This document shows, piece by piece, positions 38,926 to 48,657 of a stretch of DNA of 64,000 nucleotides. The position numbers and the translations under genes are program-made. A model generated the notes under the pieces. That model was not told the origin of the DNA. It saw only the letters and a program-made list of their open reading frames with translations, and did no database searches. The stretch spans positions 2,212 through 66,211 of the forward strand of contig CAYTBK010000006.1 in NCBI GenBank assembly GCA_964436005.1, in the 5' to 3' direction. The stretch comes from an uncultured Acidobacteriota bacterium. Lineage in GTDB: Bacteria > Acidobacteriota > JAAYUB01. How positions within the stretch are numbered: position 1 is the first letter of the stretch; every line of letters starts with the position of its first letter.

Positions 38926-39427
38926 GTCGGTCGACCTCCGGTTTGACGGTATCGCGGTGCGGCGAAGCGGTTTGTCCCCAGATTAGGCATCGGCCGGGAA
39001 ATAGTCAATGGTTTTGACGCCCGCCCCGGGCCGGAGGCCGGCGAGGGCCGGCGACGCGGCCGCCGGGCGGATTTCCCTTGCCGGCCACCCCGCCGGCAGG
39101 GCACACTGAGCCTGGACGGATCCCCCGGTTTCCGCATTTTGGGGAGAGGAGAACGACCCGATGCCGAACGAGAGCCCCGGGTTCCTCCTCCGCGGCAGCG
39201 GATGGGACCGGGCCAGCGTACTTCGCTCCGACGGTGAGAAAATCGGCGGCCCCTTCTCTTCGGGCGTCTCACCGGACGGCAATCGAACACGGGCACGAAG
39301 CCCACGAACTTCCTTGTCCCATTGGGAAACGGGCGCCCCGCGGCGTTTCTGCGGCACAGCGGAAGAGGCGCCGGCGCGCCGCCTCTTCACGGGACATTCT
39401 GATTGTCTGGGGAATTGTTGGAAAAAA

Positions 39428-39516
39428 TGGTGCCGAAGGAGGGAATCGAACCCTCACGAGCATCGCTGCCCGCCGGATTTTGAGTCCGGTGCGTCTGCCA
39501 GTTCCGCCACTTCGGC
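39428..39516 (-). tRNA. tRNA-Leu (anticodon CAA), 89 nt with long variable arm and encoded CCA
   Basis: Minus-strand sequence GCCGAAGTGGCGGAACTGGCAGACGCACCGGACTCAAAATCCGGCGGGCAGCGATGCTCGTGAGGGTTCGATTCCCTCCTTCGGCACCA; 7-bp acceptor stem, anticodon loop CUCAAAA. Confidence 0.85.
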
Positions 39517-39645
39517 CAAAATTATAAAAAAACTGTAATAAATCAAAAAATTTTGAAAACCCGCTTCCCAAATGAACGCGCCGATGATATCCTGCCCGGC
39601 ATTTGATTGCAAGCACTATCGGAGGGGAAACACGATGGGGGGAAT

Positions 39646-40482
39646 ATGTCGGAAAACGGGAAGGTCAACACCAATAGCCATCCGATAACCGAAAAGACGA
39701 AGAAAGCCGGGCCGCTGGAAGTCTGCCGGCGATTCCTGGACCGCTCGGCGGCCCGGGACGCGAGCCTCGTGGCGTTGCTCAGTGAACACGCGACGATGGT
39801 AGGCGTGTCTGCCGACCGTCTCGGGTTCAACCCGGAGGAGACGCGGAACAGCCTCCTGACGGGGTTAGAGAAGTCGCCCTTGCCGCTGGAGTACGAGATC
39901 CTGCGCTGCAGCGAGGACCGCCCGAACGACCGGACGGCGGTGGTGCTGTTCGTCCTCCGCTACTGCTGGCCCGGCATGCCGCCCATCTTGCGGAACTGGC
40001 CGACGCGGGCTTCTTTCACAGTCGTCAGGGAGCAGCGCGAATGGCGGATCGCCCATCTCCACTTCTCGACGGGCAACCCCAACCTGGAGGCGGGGGAAAG
40101 ATTCCCGCACATGGCCAGCCGGCTGCTGCAGACCGGAGAGCCTGACTCCCTGCAGGAGAAACTGCTTTCGCTGCAGTCCGCCAACCGGCTGCAGGAGGAG
40201 CGGATCGCAGCGCTTCAGGCCCAGGTGGCCGATGCCCGCCGCCTGGAGGGCTACGTCACGGTGTGCGCGGGTTGCCACAAGGTGCGCGAGGAAAGCGGAC
40301 AGCTGGTGGAGCTGGAGGAGTACATCGAGGCCCGGTGCGGCGTGCGCTTCACGCACACGCTCTGCCGGGAGTGCCAGAAAGTGTATTTCCCGGGGTGCTC
40401 CCGGACGGCCTTGCGCAGTGTCCCGGCTTCCCCCGGCCCGGACGCCGGGAGCGAACCGCTTCCCCCGGCGGACGGCTGCTGA
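39646..40482 (+). CDS. Hypothetical protein: NTF2-like domain + coiled coil + C-terminal Cys4 zinc-ribbon
   Basis: ATG 39646 in frame; track start 39607 is TTG; CAGCHK...CRECQK. Confidence 0.55.
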   Translation: MSENGKVNTNSHPITEKTKKAGPLEVCRRFLDRSAARDASLVALLSEHATMVGVSADRLGFNPEETRNSLLTGLEKSPLPLEYEILRCSEDRPNDRTAVVLFVLRYCWPGMPPILRNWPTRASFTVVREQREWRIAHLHFSTGNPNLEAGERFPHMASRLLQTGEPDSLQEKLLSLQSANRLQEERIAALQAQVADARRLEGYVTVCAGCHKVREESGQLVELEEYIEARCGVRFTHTLCRECQKVYFPGCSRTALRSVPASPGPDAGSEPLPPADGC

Positions 40483-40598
40483 CTCGACCGGATTCCTGTG
40501 CCTCCTCGCTGAGTGCGGTTGACTTTTTCCGCAAGAGGATGGCCGAGGGGGCAAGGATGGGACTACAAAAACAGAGAATCGGCAAAGAGGAATGAAAA

Positions 40599-40640
40599 GC
40601 GGAGGCGGCCGGGTGGCCGCCTCCGCGCTGGTTTTCAAAA
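40599..40640. terminator. Bidirectional rho-independent terminator GCGGAGGCGGCC-GGGT-GGCCGCCTCCGC followed by GCTGGTTTTCAAAAAA (T-rich on both strands)
   Basis: Perfect 12-bp stem, 4-nt loop, read from sequence; lies between convergent genes. Confidence 0.65.
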
Positions 40641-40652
40641 AATTCGCAGGGT

Positions 40653-42860
40653 TTAGAGGTGCTTCTTGACCACCTCGATCACTTCGGGCAGGTCCATGCC
40701 GATCTTCTGCAGGTGCTCGATGGTGGGGATGCCGTTCGGGGTCCAGCCGCGGCGCTTGTAGACGGCGTCCAGCAGCAGGTCGTACTGCTTCACGCGGTAC
40801 TCGCGCATGATCTTCACCTTCTCGGCGGAGGTCAGGCCGGCGGGTTCGATGCCGACTTTCTCCCGAAGCTGCTTGTCGTAGCGCTCCGCCCGGGACTCGT
40901 ATTCCTCCACGGTCACCGGGCCCTGGGAGCGGTAGGGCGGGATGTCGTGCTCGCGCTTGCCCTTGCCGAGGCGTAGGCAGAGGGTCTTCTGGAAGTTGTA
41001 CACCCGCTCGGACTGCCGGATGATCTCGTCCTTGGCGATGTTGGCCCCGGTGATGGCGTTGAAGATGTCCACGTAGTTCTGCACGTGCTCGGGGACCTTG
41101 GCCGGCTCGGAGGTCTGGGCGTTGTCGGGCGGCTCGATGTCGTTCCAGGGCAGCTTGCACAGGCCCTGCAGGCCGAACCAGGTGCGGAACATGGGGAAGT
41201 AGTGGAGGGCTTCCGCCTTGGCCTCGAAGGTGGGGATGTGGTTGTTGACCATGTCCATGAAGATCAGCCAGGCCTCGTCGTGCTGGGGCCCTTTCAGGGC
41301 CATGGCGTAGCCGCCCTGCTGGGCCAGGGATTCCTTGGAGACGTACTCGGAGTACTCCAGGCCCTTGCACTCCATGCCGATGTCCTGCAGGAAGGCCGGG
41401 TCGGCGCCGAAGTGCTCGGCGAAGTATTTCTTCATGTAGCGGATGCCCTTGCCGGCGATGAGGCCGAAGCCCTCGCCCCGGGAGATCCGGTGCAGGAGCT
41501 CCAGCCCGGCCTCGTGGTTGCCCCAGGTGAAGTCCAGCCCGCCGGTGCGCTCCGGGTTGAGGATGCCGTTCTCCCAGCACTCCATGACGAAGGCCAGCAG
41601 GGTGCCGAAGGAGATGGTGTCCAGGCCGTAGGTGTCGCAGTAGAAGTTGATCTCCATGACGGCCCGGGCGTCGAAGATGGCGGGCATGGACCCGCAGCCG
41701 GCCACGGTCTCGTACTCGGGGCCGTCGATGGTCACCCGGTGGCCCTTGTAGGGGCCGGAGCTGAGTTCGAAGCCGTCGGCGGCCTTGGCGCAGGCCATGG
41801 TGCAGCCGAACCAGCAGCCGTCGGGCAACCCGTGGGTGACCAGTTTGACGAATTCGGCCGACGCGAGGCGGGGCGCGTCGGGGTGGGACCCGTACTTGTG
41901 GTTCTTGGTGGGCAGCAGGTCGTACTCGTCCATGATCTCGGTGAGGTGGGCCGTGCCGATCTCGCGCATGCGGCACTGCTGGTCGTCGTAGCTGATGATC
42001 TCCTTGTGCAGGCGCAGGCCGGTCTTCTGCAGCTTGGCCAGGTCGCTGGGGTTGTTGGAGCTGGCGGTCATGCCGGAGTACTTCACCACCAGGGCCTTGA
42101 TCTTCTTGTCGCGGAAGACGGTGCCCGTGCCGCCGCGGCCGGCCTGCTTGAGGCGGGCCACCTTGCGGCGCTTGTCGTAGAAGGAGAAGTTCAGGCAGCC
42201 GATCCAGGCGTGGTTGGCCCCGGTGCCGGCCGACACGGAAGAGATGAACTGCTTGCCGGCCTCGTTCTCGGCGAACATCTCCACCATCTGCTCGGCCAGG
42301 ACGTGGCTGTCCACCGCCTCGCCGGGCGCCTCGAAGATCTGGATCAGGCCCTTGTCGCCGTCGACGAAGATGATGACCTCCCCGTCGGCCTTGCCGGTCA
42401 GGGCCAGGGCGTCGAAACCGGAAAATTTCAAATAGGGTCCGAAATAACCACCCACGTTGCAGTCGACGGGAATTCCGGTCTGCGGGGAAATGGTGGTGAC
42501 GATGGTCTTGCCCGAGCCGGGGTAGTTGGTGTTGCCGCAGAGGGGCCCGAAACCCATGGAGAGCACGTTCTCGGGGCTGTCCCAGCGGGTGTTCTCGGTG
42601 GTGCCGTCCCACAGCATCCGCAGGGCGAAGCCCTTGCCGCCGATGAACTTTTCCTTCGTCTGTTCGGAGACGGGAAGTTCCGAGATCCGGTTGGCGCCGA
42701 GGTCGATGTGCAGGGAGCGCATGTTGTAGCCGCGGCTCAGCGGGCGCAGTTCGTAGGAGTATTCGGCCAGCAGCCGGTGGGCGGCCTTCATGCCGGCGAT
42801 GTCGAAGTGGAGGCGGGTGTTTTCGGGTATGGTGACGGGAGTGGCGCAGGTCATGGTCAT
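40653..42860 (-). CDS. Aldehyde:ferredoxin oxidoreductase family protein (tungsten/molybdopterin AOR)
   Basis: GNTNYPGSGK, FGPYLKFSGFDALALTGKA, AOR C-terminal domains; start MTMTC at 42860 overlaps ferredoxin stop (ATGA); internal starts at 42791 or 42722 are possible. Confidence 0.9.
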   Translation of the reverse strand: MTMTCATPVTIPENTRLHFDIAGMKAAHRLLAEYSYELRPLSRGYNMRSLHIDLGANRISELPVSEQTKEKFIGGKGFALRMLWDGTTENTRWDSPENVLSMGFGPLCGNTNYPGSGKTIVTTISPQTGIPVDCNVGGYFGPYLKFSGFDALALTGKADGEVIIFVDGDKGLIQIFEAPGEAVDSHVLAEQMVEMFAENEAGKQFISSVSAGTGANHAWIGCLNFSFYDKRRKVARLKQAGRGGTGTVFRDKKIKALVVKYSGMTASSNNPSDLAKLQKTGLRLHKEIISYDDQQCRMREIGTAHLTEIMDEYDLLPTKNHKYGSHPDAPRLASAEFVKLVTHGLPDGCWFGCTMACAKAADGFELSSGPYKGHRVTIDGPEYETVAGCGSMPAIFDARAVMEINFYCDTYGLDTISFGTLLAFVMECWENGILNPERTGGLDFTWGNHEAGLELLHRISRGEGFGLIAGKGIRYMKKYFAEHFGADPAFLQDIGMECKGLEYSEYVSKESLAQQGGYAMALKGPQHDEAWLIFMDMVNNHIPTFEAKAEALHYFPMFRTWFGLQGLCKLPWNDIEPPDNAQTSEPAKVPEHVQNYVDIFNAITGANIAKDEIIRQSERVYNFQKTLCLRLGKGKREHDIPPYRSQGPVTVEEYESRAERYDKQLREKVGIEPAGLTSAEKVKIMREYRVKQYDLLLDAVYKRRGWTPNGIPTIEHLQKIGMDLPEVIEVVKKHL

Positions 42861-43252
42861 TCCTCCTCGGTGACGATTTCGAGCGCCCCGGCCGGGCACT
42901 TCTTGGCGCAGGCGCCGCAGGCGATGCACTTGAACGGGTTTTCCAGGCCGTCGTCGTGCATCATGGCGCCGATGGGGCAGACCGCCACGCAAGCCAGGCA
43001 GCCCACGCAGGTCTTCTTGGAGAGGAGGGGAACGCCCTGTTTGCTCACGGTGAGCGCCACCACGGGGCACTCCGCCACGCAGAGGCGGCACTTCTGGTCG
43101 CATACGGTCATCTTCCAGCCGTCGCCTTCGGCGGTGATGCGGATGGCCGAACGCTGGGGGGAATCCACCTTGAAGAAGGTGGTGGAGCACACGGTCATGC
43201 AGGCGCCGCAACCGGTGCATTTCTCGGGATAGGTTTTCAAACGTTTTACCAC
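42857..43252 (-). CDS. 4Fe-4S dicluster ferredoxin (partner of AOR)
   Basis: Four CxxCxxCxxxCP motifs; GTG start 43252 preceded by GGAGGAGG at 43268..43261; track TTG start at 43270 lies inside the SD. Confidence 0.8.
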   Translation of the reverse strand: MVKRLKTYPEKCTGCGACMTVCSTTFFKVDSPQRSAIRITAEGDGWKMTVCDQKCRLCVAECPVVALTVSKQGVPLLSKKTCVGCLACVAVCPIGAMMHDDGLENPFKCIACGACAKKCPAGALEIVTEEE

Positions 43253-43474
43253 AGCGGAGTCCTCCTCCAAAAAGTCGGCCGATTATAGATGACGAGACCG
43301 TGAAATGTCAAAGAAACCGGGGGGTGGGCGAAGGAAATGACGTGATCGTCAATCGCAAGAAAAAAAGGGAGATCGATGATCAGTCGGTCAGATGGACATT
43401 CGCGGGAGCATTTTTTGGCGATCTCCCCGCCGGAAAACGAAAACCGATGCAGCCGGACCCCTTTCCTCGGGAGG

Positions 43475-44449
43475 CTATCGAGCCTTGGCCGATGGGGGGA
43501 AAGAACGGTGGCGGGAAAAGGAGAGCACCCGCTGCACGGTGGCGAAGCCCGCGCGCTCGTACCAGTCGCGGGCCTTCTGGTTGGCGACGGTCACGGAAAG
43601 GCCGATGTGGTCGTCGGGCCGGTTGTGGCGGACCGATTCCATGGCCCGGGCGAGCAGGGCTTTGCCGATGCCCAGGGACTGGAAACCGGGCGCCACGGCG
43701 ATCTGCGGGATGAAGGACGAGGCCGGGGAGATCCGGGTCACCAGGGCCATCCCGGCCACGTCGTCTCCGGCCCAGGCCGTCCAGGAACACTCCGGCTGCA
43801 CGCTGCCGCAGCCGGCGGTCAGGACCAGTTGCTGGAGGAGCTTTCCGCAGCCCTCCGCCGACAGGTAGAGCGCGGAGACGTCGCGGTCGGGGTGGCCGAC
43901 GTAGCTGGCCGCCAGGGCGCGGGCGAGAGCGTTTTCATGGGCGAGGTCGAAGGGAAGTAGGCGGATGCCGGGCGGCAGGGGGGGGGCGGCCGGCGGGACG
44001 ACGGGGGCGGCGCGCATGAACACCCTTTCCACGACGGCGAAGCCCCGGGCGCGCAGGGTTTCCTCCACCGCCGCGGAAGGTTCGGGCGGGAAGAGCATCT
44101 GCCCCTCCACGGCGGGGGACAGGTCCACCGTCGGGTCTTCCAGCAGGCGCGACAGGAGCTGCGCGGGCCCGTCGGCGGCGCGGGCGGCGGGGGAGAAGTA
44201 CAGGAGCAGCAGGCGCCTTTCCTCGGCGGCGACGTGAACACCGTAGCCTTCGCAGGACAGGCCCGACATCAGGCTGAAACCCTGTAGCAGGGCCGTCGTG
44301 AAGAGGTAGAAGAAGATGTCGCGGCAAGGACCGAAATCCCATTCCAGCCGGGTTTCCCACTCGCGGGCCTCTTCGTCGAGCAGTTGGCTGAACGCCCGGA
44401 GCGAGATGGACGGCAGGGGCTGGATGTGGGGCGGGGCCAGGAAAGTCAT
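43475..44449 (-). CDS. GNAT family N-acetyltransferase (C-terminal acetyltransferase domain)
   Basis: GIGKALLARAMESV...WYERAGF. Confidence 0.7.
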   Translation of the reverse strand: MTFLAPPHIQPLPSISLRAFSQLLDEEAREWETRLEWDFGPCRDIFFYLFTTALLQGFSLMSGLSCEGYGVHVAAEERRLLLLYFSPAARAADGPAQLLSRLLEDPTVDLSPAVEGQMLFPPEPSAAVEETLRARGFAVVERVFMRAAPVVPPAAPPLPPGIRLLPFDLAHENALARALAASYVGHPDRDVSALYLSAEGCGKLLQQLVLTAGCGSVQPECSWTAWAGDDVAGMALVTRISPASSFIPQIAVAPGFQSLGIGKALLARAMESVRHNRPDDHIGLSVTVANQKARDWYERAGFATVQRVLSFSRHRSFPPSAKAR

Positions 44450-44835
44450 TCTTCCTGGAAGGCTTCGGCCAGGTAATTCAGGATGGCGTCCTGGAACTTG
44501 GCGTCGAGACCGAGGAACTGGACACCGATGCGGTACGTTCCGTCGGCGGCATTCTTAACGCAATGCATGACTTCGCCGAGGATCTTGAGCGGCTTCCCCT
44601 CGAAGCAGGCGGAATCCGGGCTGTTCATGTAGCGGGCCCAGTCCTTGAGCTCGATCTGCAGCTTGAGCACTGTGCCCTGGGGAATGCTCTTCGGGCTTTC
44701 GAACTGGATCCCCCCGGGGGACATGTCGCGGGCCTGGGCGGAATTCTCGGCGAAAAGGTCCTTCGGTATGGCCATCTCCCGATAGCGAAGCGTATCCCGG
44801 GTGGGGACGCGCAGGAACTTGCGTCTCTCTTTCAC
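44446..44835 (-). CDS. PilZ domain protein (c-di-GMP binding)
   Basis: RKFLRVPTRD and DMSPGGIQF motifs. Confidence 0.7.
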   Translation of the reverse strand: MKERRKFLRVPTRDTLRYREMAIPKDLFAENSAQARDMSPGGIQFESPKSIPQGTVLKLQIELKDWARYMNSPDSACFEGKPLKILGEVMHCVKNAADGTYRIGVQFLGLDAKFQDAILNYLAEAFQEE

Positions 44836-45083
44836 GGTCCTCTCCTAACGGAAAAAATCTGCACATTGCTACTACGTGACGATGACGGTACGGTTTTCCT
44901 CTTGGAATAAGCGATATTCTAGCCGAGCCCCACCGACCATGCAAGTTTTATTGGGGGGCTCTCATCTTCCGCGGCCATTCCCCGGCGGGTGGCATTCTTT
45001 AGCTTAATGACAGGAAAGTCAATGGAAATATAATAAAGTTCCGCAGCATGAGGGCCGGGTTGCGACGCGGATCAAGTCGTGTC

Positions 45084-45112
45084 TTGACTTTTTCCGCTTC
45101 GTCTTCTACGAT
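45084..45112 (+). promoter_or_regulatory. Near-consensus sigma-70 promoter TTGACT-N17-TACGAT
   Basis: Read from sequence; 27 nt upstream of the small ORF's RBS. Confidence 0.4.
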
Positions 45113-45139
45113 TCGGGAAAATTCCTTTGGAGGTAGACA

Positions 45140-45244
45140 ATGGGAGAGAAAGCCCTTCCGAAGAAAGAAACGAAGAAGCCGGCCCAGAAATCCTTGAAGG
45201 ACAAGAGAAAGGAAAAACAGGAAAAGAAAAAGGAAAAGAAGTGA
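45140..45244 (+). CDS. Candidate small ORF, 34-aa lysine-rich peptide MGEKALPKKETKKPAQKSLKDKRKEKQEKKKEKK
   Basis: GGAGGT RBS 45129-45134, 6-nt spacer, ATG; not in track (below 60 aa). Confidence 0.3.
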   Translation: MGEKALPKKETKKPAQKSLKDKRKEKQEKKKEKK

Positions 45245-45298
45245 ATTGACCGGGCGGGTTTTCCGGCCGCGCGCGGAAGGCCCGCCGACACACCTGTT

Positions 45299-46075
45299 TC
45301 AGGAGAGACCTTCTCCCGAGGGGCGAGCAGGCTCCGAGGGGGTGGAAGTTCCTTCCTCCTGCTCAGCCTCCAGGCTGGCGATGGCAGCCCGGGCCGCCAA
45401 CTGCTGCGCCTCCTTCTTGGAGTTGCCCGTTCCTTCTCCCCGTTTTCGCTGCTCCACCCAGACCTCGACGGAGAACCGCTTGGCGTGCGGGGGCCCTTCC
45501 TCCTGCACGACGAGGTACTTCGGCATGTCCAGCCGCAGCCTGGCCGTCAGCTCCTGCAGGCCGGTCTTGGCGTCTTTGCGCTGGGGGGTGTTGATCTCGC
45601 GGTCGGCGAAGCTCTCCTGGAACAGGCTCACCACGAAGGATTTCGCGGCTTCCAGCCCGCCGTCCAGGTAGACGGCGGCGATCAGGGATTCCAGGGCGTC
45701 GCACAGGATGTTCTTCTTCGCCGTGCCGCCCGTTTTCACCTCGCCCCGCCCGAGCAGGAGGAAGCGGCCCAGGTCCAACCTTTCGGCCAGGGGCAGCAGG
45801 TGGTCGGCACTGACCAGCCGGCTGCGCATGCGGGACAGGTCCCCCTCCGTGCTGCCCGGGAAACGGTCGAACAGCTGGGTGCTGATGATGAAGTTGAGCA
45901 CGGAGTCCCCGAGGAACTCCAGCGCCTCGTTGTGCGCCAGCCCCAGGTGCTGGTGCTCGTTGGCGAAGGAGCAATGGGTCAGGGCCCGGCGCAGGATGGC
46001 CAGGTCGCGGAATTCGTGCCCGGTGCGCCGGACGAGTTCCTGAAGGTGTTGGCGGTATTCGTTGGAGTTCAACAT
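45299..46075 (-). CDS. rnc: Ribonuclease III
   Basis: RNase III signature ERLEFLGDSVL and C-terminal dsRBD. Confidence 0.9.
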   Translation of the reverse strand: MLNSNEYRQHLQELVRRTGHEFRDLAILRRALTHCSFANEHQHLGLAHNEALEFLGDSVLNFIISTQLFDRFPGSTEGDLSRMRSRLVSADHLLPLAERLDLGRFLLLGRGEVKTGGTAKKNILCDALESLIAAVYLDGGLEAAKSFVVSLFQESFADREINTPQRKDAKTGLQELTARLRLDMPKYLVVQEEGPPHAKRFSVEVWVEQRKRGEGTGNSKKEAQQLAARAAIASLEAEQEEGTSTPSEPARPSGEGLS

Positions 46076-46141
46076 GGCGAAAAAAACAGGCGGGTTGCGG
46101 TGTGCACCGGAACCCGCCCGAATTCTCCCGATCGAAGGGGG

Positions 46142-47023
46142 TTACTGGATGCCCAGCTCCGTCTTCGCGTCGGCGACGAGGGAATCGATGGTCAGCGCCC
46201 CGGCCTTGTTGGCCTTCTGGAGCGCGCCGTAGACGATGTCCATCTTCTGCTTGGCGGACTCGGCCATCTGGCCGTTCAGGACGAAGGCCTTCGCGAAGGC
46301 GCGCAGGCTGTTCTCGTAGTCTTCGGTCTGCGCCAGGGCGTTGCCGAGGATCAGGTAGGAGTAGTCGTCCTTGGGGTTGATCTTGTTCGCTGCCTGGATG
46401 TCGGCGATGCACTGCTTGAGCATGTTCACCCGCTCTTCGTGCTGGCGGTCGCGGTCGAACTTCATGGCCATCTTGTAGTGGATGTCGCCCAGGCCGGCGA
46501 AGATCTGCCAGTTCATCTGGCCGATGAACAGGTCCCACTTGGTCTGGTCGGTGGTCTCGGGCTTGACGACGCCGGGCATGAAGCCCTTGGCCTTTTCATA
46601 CATGTCGACGGCTTTCTGCAGTTCGTTCTTCTGATAGTACTTTTCCGCCAGGGTGATGGCGAACATGGGCACCTGATGGTCCGTCGGCGGCAGCTTTTCG
46701 ATGGCCTTCAGGGAGTGCTCCTCGAATTTTTCGAAGTTTTCGAGCTTCTGGTAGACGGCGATGCCGACCAGGTGAACCTTGGGCACTTCGGCAGAATCCG
46801 CGTATTTCACCAGGTAGTCCTCGACGAGAACGGCCACGTCCTGGGCCGAACCCTGGTTTTGCTGAATCTGCAGGTAGCCCTGCTGGATCTTCTGCAGCAT
46901 TTCGATGCGCGGATCGATCTGGGGCTGGGCGGGGGCTTTGGCGTCTTTTTTCTTGTCCGCGGCCAGGGCCGGAAGAACGAAGGCGAGGCAAAGCACGAGG
47001 GAGAGAAGAAGCAGTCTTTTCAT
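46142..47023 (-). CDS. Secreted hypothetical protein (TPR-like helical repeats)
   Basis: Start MKRLLLLSLVLCLAFVLPALA at 47023. Confidence 0.6.
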   Translation of the reverse strand: MKRLLLLSLVLCLAFVLPALAADKKKDAKAPAQPQIDPRIEMLQKIQQGYLQIQQNQGSAQDVAVLVEDYLVKYADSAEVPKVHLVGIAVYQKLENFEKFEEHSLKAIEKLPPTDHQVPMFAITLAEKYYQKNELQKAVDMYEKAKGFMPGVVKPETTDQTKWDLFIGQMNWQIFAGLGDIHYKMAMKFDRDRQHEERVNMLKQCIADIQAANKINPKDDYSYLILGNALAQTEDYENSLRAFAKAFVLNGQMAESAKQKMDIVYGALQKANKAGALTIDSLVADAKTELGIQ

Positions 47024-47206
47024 GGGTCCTCCAGGGGAGCAAATTAGGGGCCGGGGCGCATGGAATCGACATCTGTCAGGTAAGTCGCGACCAGCTTGCC
47101 CAGTCATAAAGAGTAAAGTATAGGGCAGGGGTTTCATTCATTCAAGCGAAAATTGGAACAAAGCTTTGGCGTTGACTTCCATCGGCAGATGCTCAAGAAT
47201 GGGGCC

Positions 47207-48643
47207 ATGACAAACGTCAAGCTCAGCATTCTCATGCCGGTTTACAACGAGGAAGGCACCGTCGACACCGTGGCCGATCTCGTTTTCGAGGCGCCCTTGC
47301 CGGAGGGGATGGAGCGGGAGCTCGTCATCGTCGACGACGGCTCTCGCGACAGAACGGCGGCGGTGCTCTCCGAGATCGAGGCCCGCTACGCCCCCCGCTG
47401 CCGGGTCATCCGGCTGCAGGGCAACCGGGGCAAGGGGGCCGCCCTGGCGGCGGCGGTGGAGGCCGCGACGGGCGACATCTGCGTCATCCAGGACGCCGAC
47501 CTCGAATACGAGCCCCGCGAGTACGCCCGGTTGCTGCGGCCCATCCTGCAGGGCGACGCCGACGCCGTCTTCGGATCCCGTTTCACCCCTTCCGAGTACC
47601 GCCGGGTGATCTACTATTGGCACGCCCTGGGCAACCGGTTCCTGACTTCGCTGTCGAACATGTGCACGAACCTGAACCTGACCGATGCGGCCACCTGCTA
47701 CAAGGTCGTCAAGTCTTCCTTGCTGAAATCCATCCCTATCCGCTCGAAGGGGTTCGCGGTGGAGATGGAGCTGACGGCCAAGCTGGCCAAGCGGGGCTGC
47801 GCCATCTACGAGGTCCCCATCTCCTACCGCGGCCGGACCTATGCGGAAGGGAAGAAGGCCGGCTGGTGGGACGGGATCAAGTCGCTGCTCACCATATTGA
47901 AGTATAAAGTGCTGGACGACGCCTACTCGGAAAAGTGGGGAGAGTCCATCCTGCACCGGCTCGAGCAGACGAGGCGCTTCAACGGTTGGATGTTCGGCCG
48001 CATCCGCCGCTGGGTGGGGGAACGGGTGCTGGAAACCGGCAGCGGGATCGGCAACCTGACCCGCTTCTTCGTCGGGCGCCGCTCCCTCTGCGCCACGGAC
48101 GTCGACCCGCACTACATCGAGGTGCTGCGCAACCGTTTCGGGGCCCGGCGCAACGTCCGGGTCGAGCGGCTCGACATCACCCGGGCCGAAGACTTCCATT
48201 TCGTGGAGGCCGCCTGCGACACGGTCATCTGCCTGAACGTGCTGGAACACGTGGACGACGACCTGGCGGCGCTGCGGAACATCCGCAGCGCCCTGGCGCC
48301 CGGGGGGCGGCTGATCCTCCTGGTCCCGCGGGGGGAGTGGCTCTACGGTTCCCTGGACCGGGTTCTGGAGCACCGCCGCCGCTACTCGCCCGCCCAGGTC
48401 CGGGAACTCCTGGCCAAGGCCGGAATGAAATTAATCCGTACCATTTCCTTCAACAAGATCGGGGTGCCGGCCTGGTTCTTCAACGGCCGGGTGATCCGGC
48501 GGACGAGGTTCGGCAAGTACCAGTTGAAGATCTTCGATTCCCTGATCTGGCTCTGGCGGTTGGTGGACTGCATCCCGGGCCTGCCCGGCCTCTCCGTCAT
48601 CGCCGTGGCGGAGCGGGACGACCGGCCGGGCGGCGCCGACTGA
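47207..48643 (+). CDS. Bifunctional glycosyltransferase family 2 (DPM1-like) / class I SAM-dependent methyltransferase
   Basis: [14 protein letters not shown]...[11 protein letters not shown]; C-terminal [11 protein letters not shown] methyltransferase motif I. Confidence 0.75.
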   Translation: MTNVKLSILMPVYNEEGTVDTVADLVFEAPLPEGMERELVIVDDGSRDRTAAVLSEIEARYAPRCRVIRLQGNRGKGAALAAAVEAATGDICVIQDADLEYEPREYARLLRPILQGDADAVFGSRFTPSEYRRVIYYWHALGNRFLTSLSNMCTNLNLTDAATCYKVVKSSLLKSIPIRSKGFAVEMELTAKLAKRGCAIYEVPISYRGRTYAEGKKAGWWDGIKSLLTILKYKVLDDAYSEKWGESILHRLEQTRRFNGWMFGRIRRWVGERVLETGSGIGNLTRFFVGRRSLCATDVDPHYIEVLRNRFGARRNVRVERLDITRAEDFHFVEAACDTVICLNVLEHVDDDLAALRNIRSALAPGGRLILLVPRGEWLYGSLDRVLEHRRRYSPAQVRELLAKAGMKLIRTISFNKIGVPAWFFNGRVIRRTRFGKYQLKIFDSLIWLWRLVDCIPGLPGLSVIAVAERDDRPGGAD

Positions 48644-48657
48644 CGCCCGAACGGGCT

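Noticed and set aside
35416-39427. Possible genomic island adjacent to tRNA-Leu
   Set aside because: No integrase, no direct repeat of the tRNA 3' end, gene content is envelope/housekeeping; no support for a mobile element
39161-39538. 125-aa plus-strand ORF with good GGAGAGGAG RBS
   Set aside because: Runs antisense through the tRNA-Leu gene; no recognisable domains; most likely spurious, although a short upstream peptide cannot be excluded
40659-43232. Plus-strand ORFs 41085..43232 (715 aa) and others
   Set aside because: Antisense to the AOR and ferredoxin genes
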